This document shows, piece after piece, positions 62,125 to 64,000 of a stretch of DNA of 64,000 nt. Source of the DNA: Atractiella rhizophila (taxonomy: Eukaryota); contig MU271359.1 in the NCBI GenBank assembly GCA_021432655.1, positions 1 through 64,000 of the forward strand. Reading direction: 5' to 3'. The notes beneath the pieces are model-generated. The model saw only the letters and a program-made list of their open reading frames with translations, did not search any database and was not told the DNA's origin. Made by a program: the position numbers and the translations under genes. Within the stretch, counting starts at the first letter, position 1; every line of letters begins with the position of its first letter.

Positions 62125-63146
62125 ATGGTTTCTTTCAGGTTGGCATCTTTCTCAATGATCACCTTCTGCTGATTCGATTGCGTGAAGCTGTGATGCGTGT
62201 CAAGATACAGTGAAGAAGCCCAAGCTAGATCAGCACTCGTACAAGTGCGGAGCGTCGTTCACTTGCATCGACTGCTCGAAAACCTTTCACCACCAGGGTG
62301 AATGGAAAAGCGTACGTTTCTCAACCCCACTCTGTCAAGCATACACAACTAAAGTGTGGTACGAGCTAGCATACGAGTTGTATCAGTGAAGGTGCGGTGA
62401 AATTAGTTTCAACGACTCTGTTTGATCATGATATTGCTTAAGAACAAAAGTACCAAAAGTCACTTTATAAACCCAAGCCTGTTAGTCCTCTTTCCATCCT
62501 TACACATTTTGCACACGCTAAGCATTGGACGCTTGTCTCGTAGAATAAAAAGGAGAAGGGAAAGAATGATTCTACACCTCTAACGAGCGGCCCAGGGACG
62601 AATGCTCCGTCCACGCCTACGCAGGACGAGGAGAAGAAACCAGATGGGAGCAAAAAGCGTAAAGCGGAGGATGGGGATGTCGAGGGAGATGTGGGGAAGA
62701 AGGAAAAGAAGAAGAAGAAGGAGAAGAAAACCGACGAAACATCTGTTGAAACCGAGACCAAGAAGGACGATGATGGAGATGTGCAGATGAAAGAAACTGA
62801 ACCAGGGAAGGGAGATAAGGAGAAGAAGAAGGAGAAGAAAGAGAAGAAGAAGAAAGAGAAGGCTCCCAAACTGGACTCAGCTGCCCCTGCTCCTGCGTCC
62901 ACTACCCCTTCAACAAATGGACATTCCAATTCAGCTCCTACGTCATCCAAATCGTTTAACTCTGAGGAACTGAAGGACACTTTCATCAAGATTCTGGAGA
63001 ATGGAAAGGTTTCGATGAAGGACATACTTGACGACCCAAAGTGGAAAGACCTTGGAGTTGGAGAAGAGCGCAAACGAGCATTTCTGGGAAATGAGATGAA
63101 GTACGAGAAGGATTCGAAAGGGAAGATCAGGGTGGTTTTCTCATAA
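62125..63146 (+). CDS. LYAR: LYAR-type C2HC zinc-finger nucleolar protein
   Basis: MVSFQ|CDACQDTVKKPKLDQH..C..FTCIDCSKTF..|HTSCISE|EQKYQKSLY, then a Lys-rich tail. Confidence 0.92.
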
Positions 63147-63283
63147 CAAGACGGAGGGATGGAAGGCATTCTTTAGGATGTATCAACTCCTGCGATGCAC
63201 GGAGTTGGCCACGTCAATATGTTCTTACATTGCAACCACTCTGCAATGTAGTTATGCAAAAGATAATAAGGTTTCGTGTACAT

Positions 63284-63762
63284 TCATCGGACATGACACC
63301 TCTTAAACCTGATAACACACAATTTCTCCCTTCCAGCCCGCCTCCTCATCATCACCTCAGCTGTCCATTCTTCCATGGCATTAGCCCATGCCACAATCTC
63401 CTCAACGTGATTGACCTCCAAGCAGACGACATAACACCTTCCCCTATAACTCGCCAATTTCTCCATCCACTTTCCCTCCATCCAAGCATCGATGACTTCT
63501 CGGCCACGCTCTCCTCCCTTCCAGGAAGCGGCGATGTGCTGGCCGGACGTGACATTGGGAGATGATGAAGGAGAGGGAAGGGGAGAGGACGGAACGTATG
63601 GGAAGTTGAAGAGCTGAATGTCGACTTTTTGTTCTAAGCGCGGCAAGAGACCAGAGGCGAAGGAGGTGCGTAGGACCAGAGAGTGCACGTTGGATTGGTC
63701 AAAAGTTGAGCGCGTTGCAATACAGGCGTGAGGGTTTATGTCGGTGGCAACATAGACTGAGC
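63284..63762 (-). CDS. MTQ2: 3' exon of an MTQ2/HemK2 (N6AMT1)-like methyltransferase; 5' part not resolved in window
   Basis: YVATDINPHAC, VDIQLFNFPYVPS, SWKGGERGREV, GRCYVV and RRRAGREKLCVIRF. Confidence 0.8.
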
Positions 63763-64000
63763 TGGTGCAATGGTAAGCTTATCGGCAGTGCAATATTTCT
63801 GGGCTCGAACAATTATGACTAGCGCGAGCTGCTCAAAGGCTTGACACTGGTACAATATGCTTACATGACTGAAAAGGTACTTGCACGGTGCAACTAGGAC
63901 AAGTAAAGAACATATACTTCGCCAATTGTTTACATCAAAATCGAGTTCATCCATGATCTACTTACGTTAGACCCGCGTGAATATAGCAAATCTAAAATAT

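Noticed and set aside
1..64000. Prokaryotic systems (CRISPR, operons, defence islands) or intact transposons
   Set aside because: Spliceosomal introns throughout; no repeat-spacer array, transposase, reverse transcriptase or LTR/TIR pair recognised.

Overview
Gene-dense, intron-rich fungal nuclear DNA. Short (~45-70 nt) GT-AG introns, many micro-exons and the gene families present suggest a basidiomycete; this is inference. About 25 protein-coding loci can be read: two SDRs, an F-box/LRR-like protein, DUF3455, GH76, two DHA2 MFS copies, SSF1/PPAN, DUF1295, RBM39, a steroid 5-alpha-reductase, an ARM protein, a large type II membrane protein, a serine carboxypeptidase, DHHC/PFA4, a WW/Gly-rich protein, three Zn2Cys6 factor copies, a GAF-type fRMsr, RNase H2A, LYAR and an MTQ2-like methyltransferase. 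There is also a tRNA-Leu(UAA). The main unexplained signal is in the few over-long introns, which fold back on themselves. The 304-nt PFA4 intron has a 26-bp long-range duplex, a competing local pseudoknot-like fold, a sequesterable 5' splice site and an internal 6-nt candidate micro-exon, so it looks like an RNA splicing switch. The 944-nt reductase intron and the 653-nt SSF1 intron are closed by end-to-end stems that leave about 45-55 nt unpaired. The window also holds three near-identical local duplications (MFS, Zn2Cys6 factor, RNase H2A). All exon models and folds were derived by eye, not computed.
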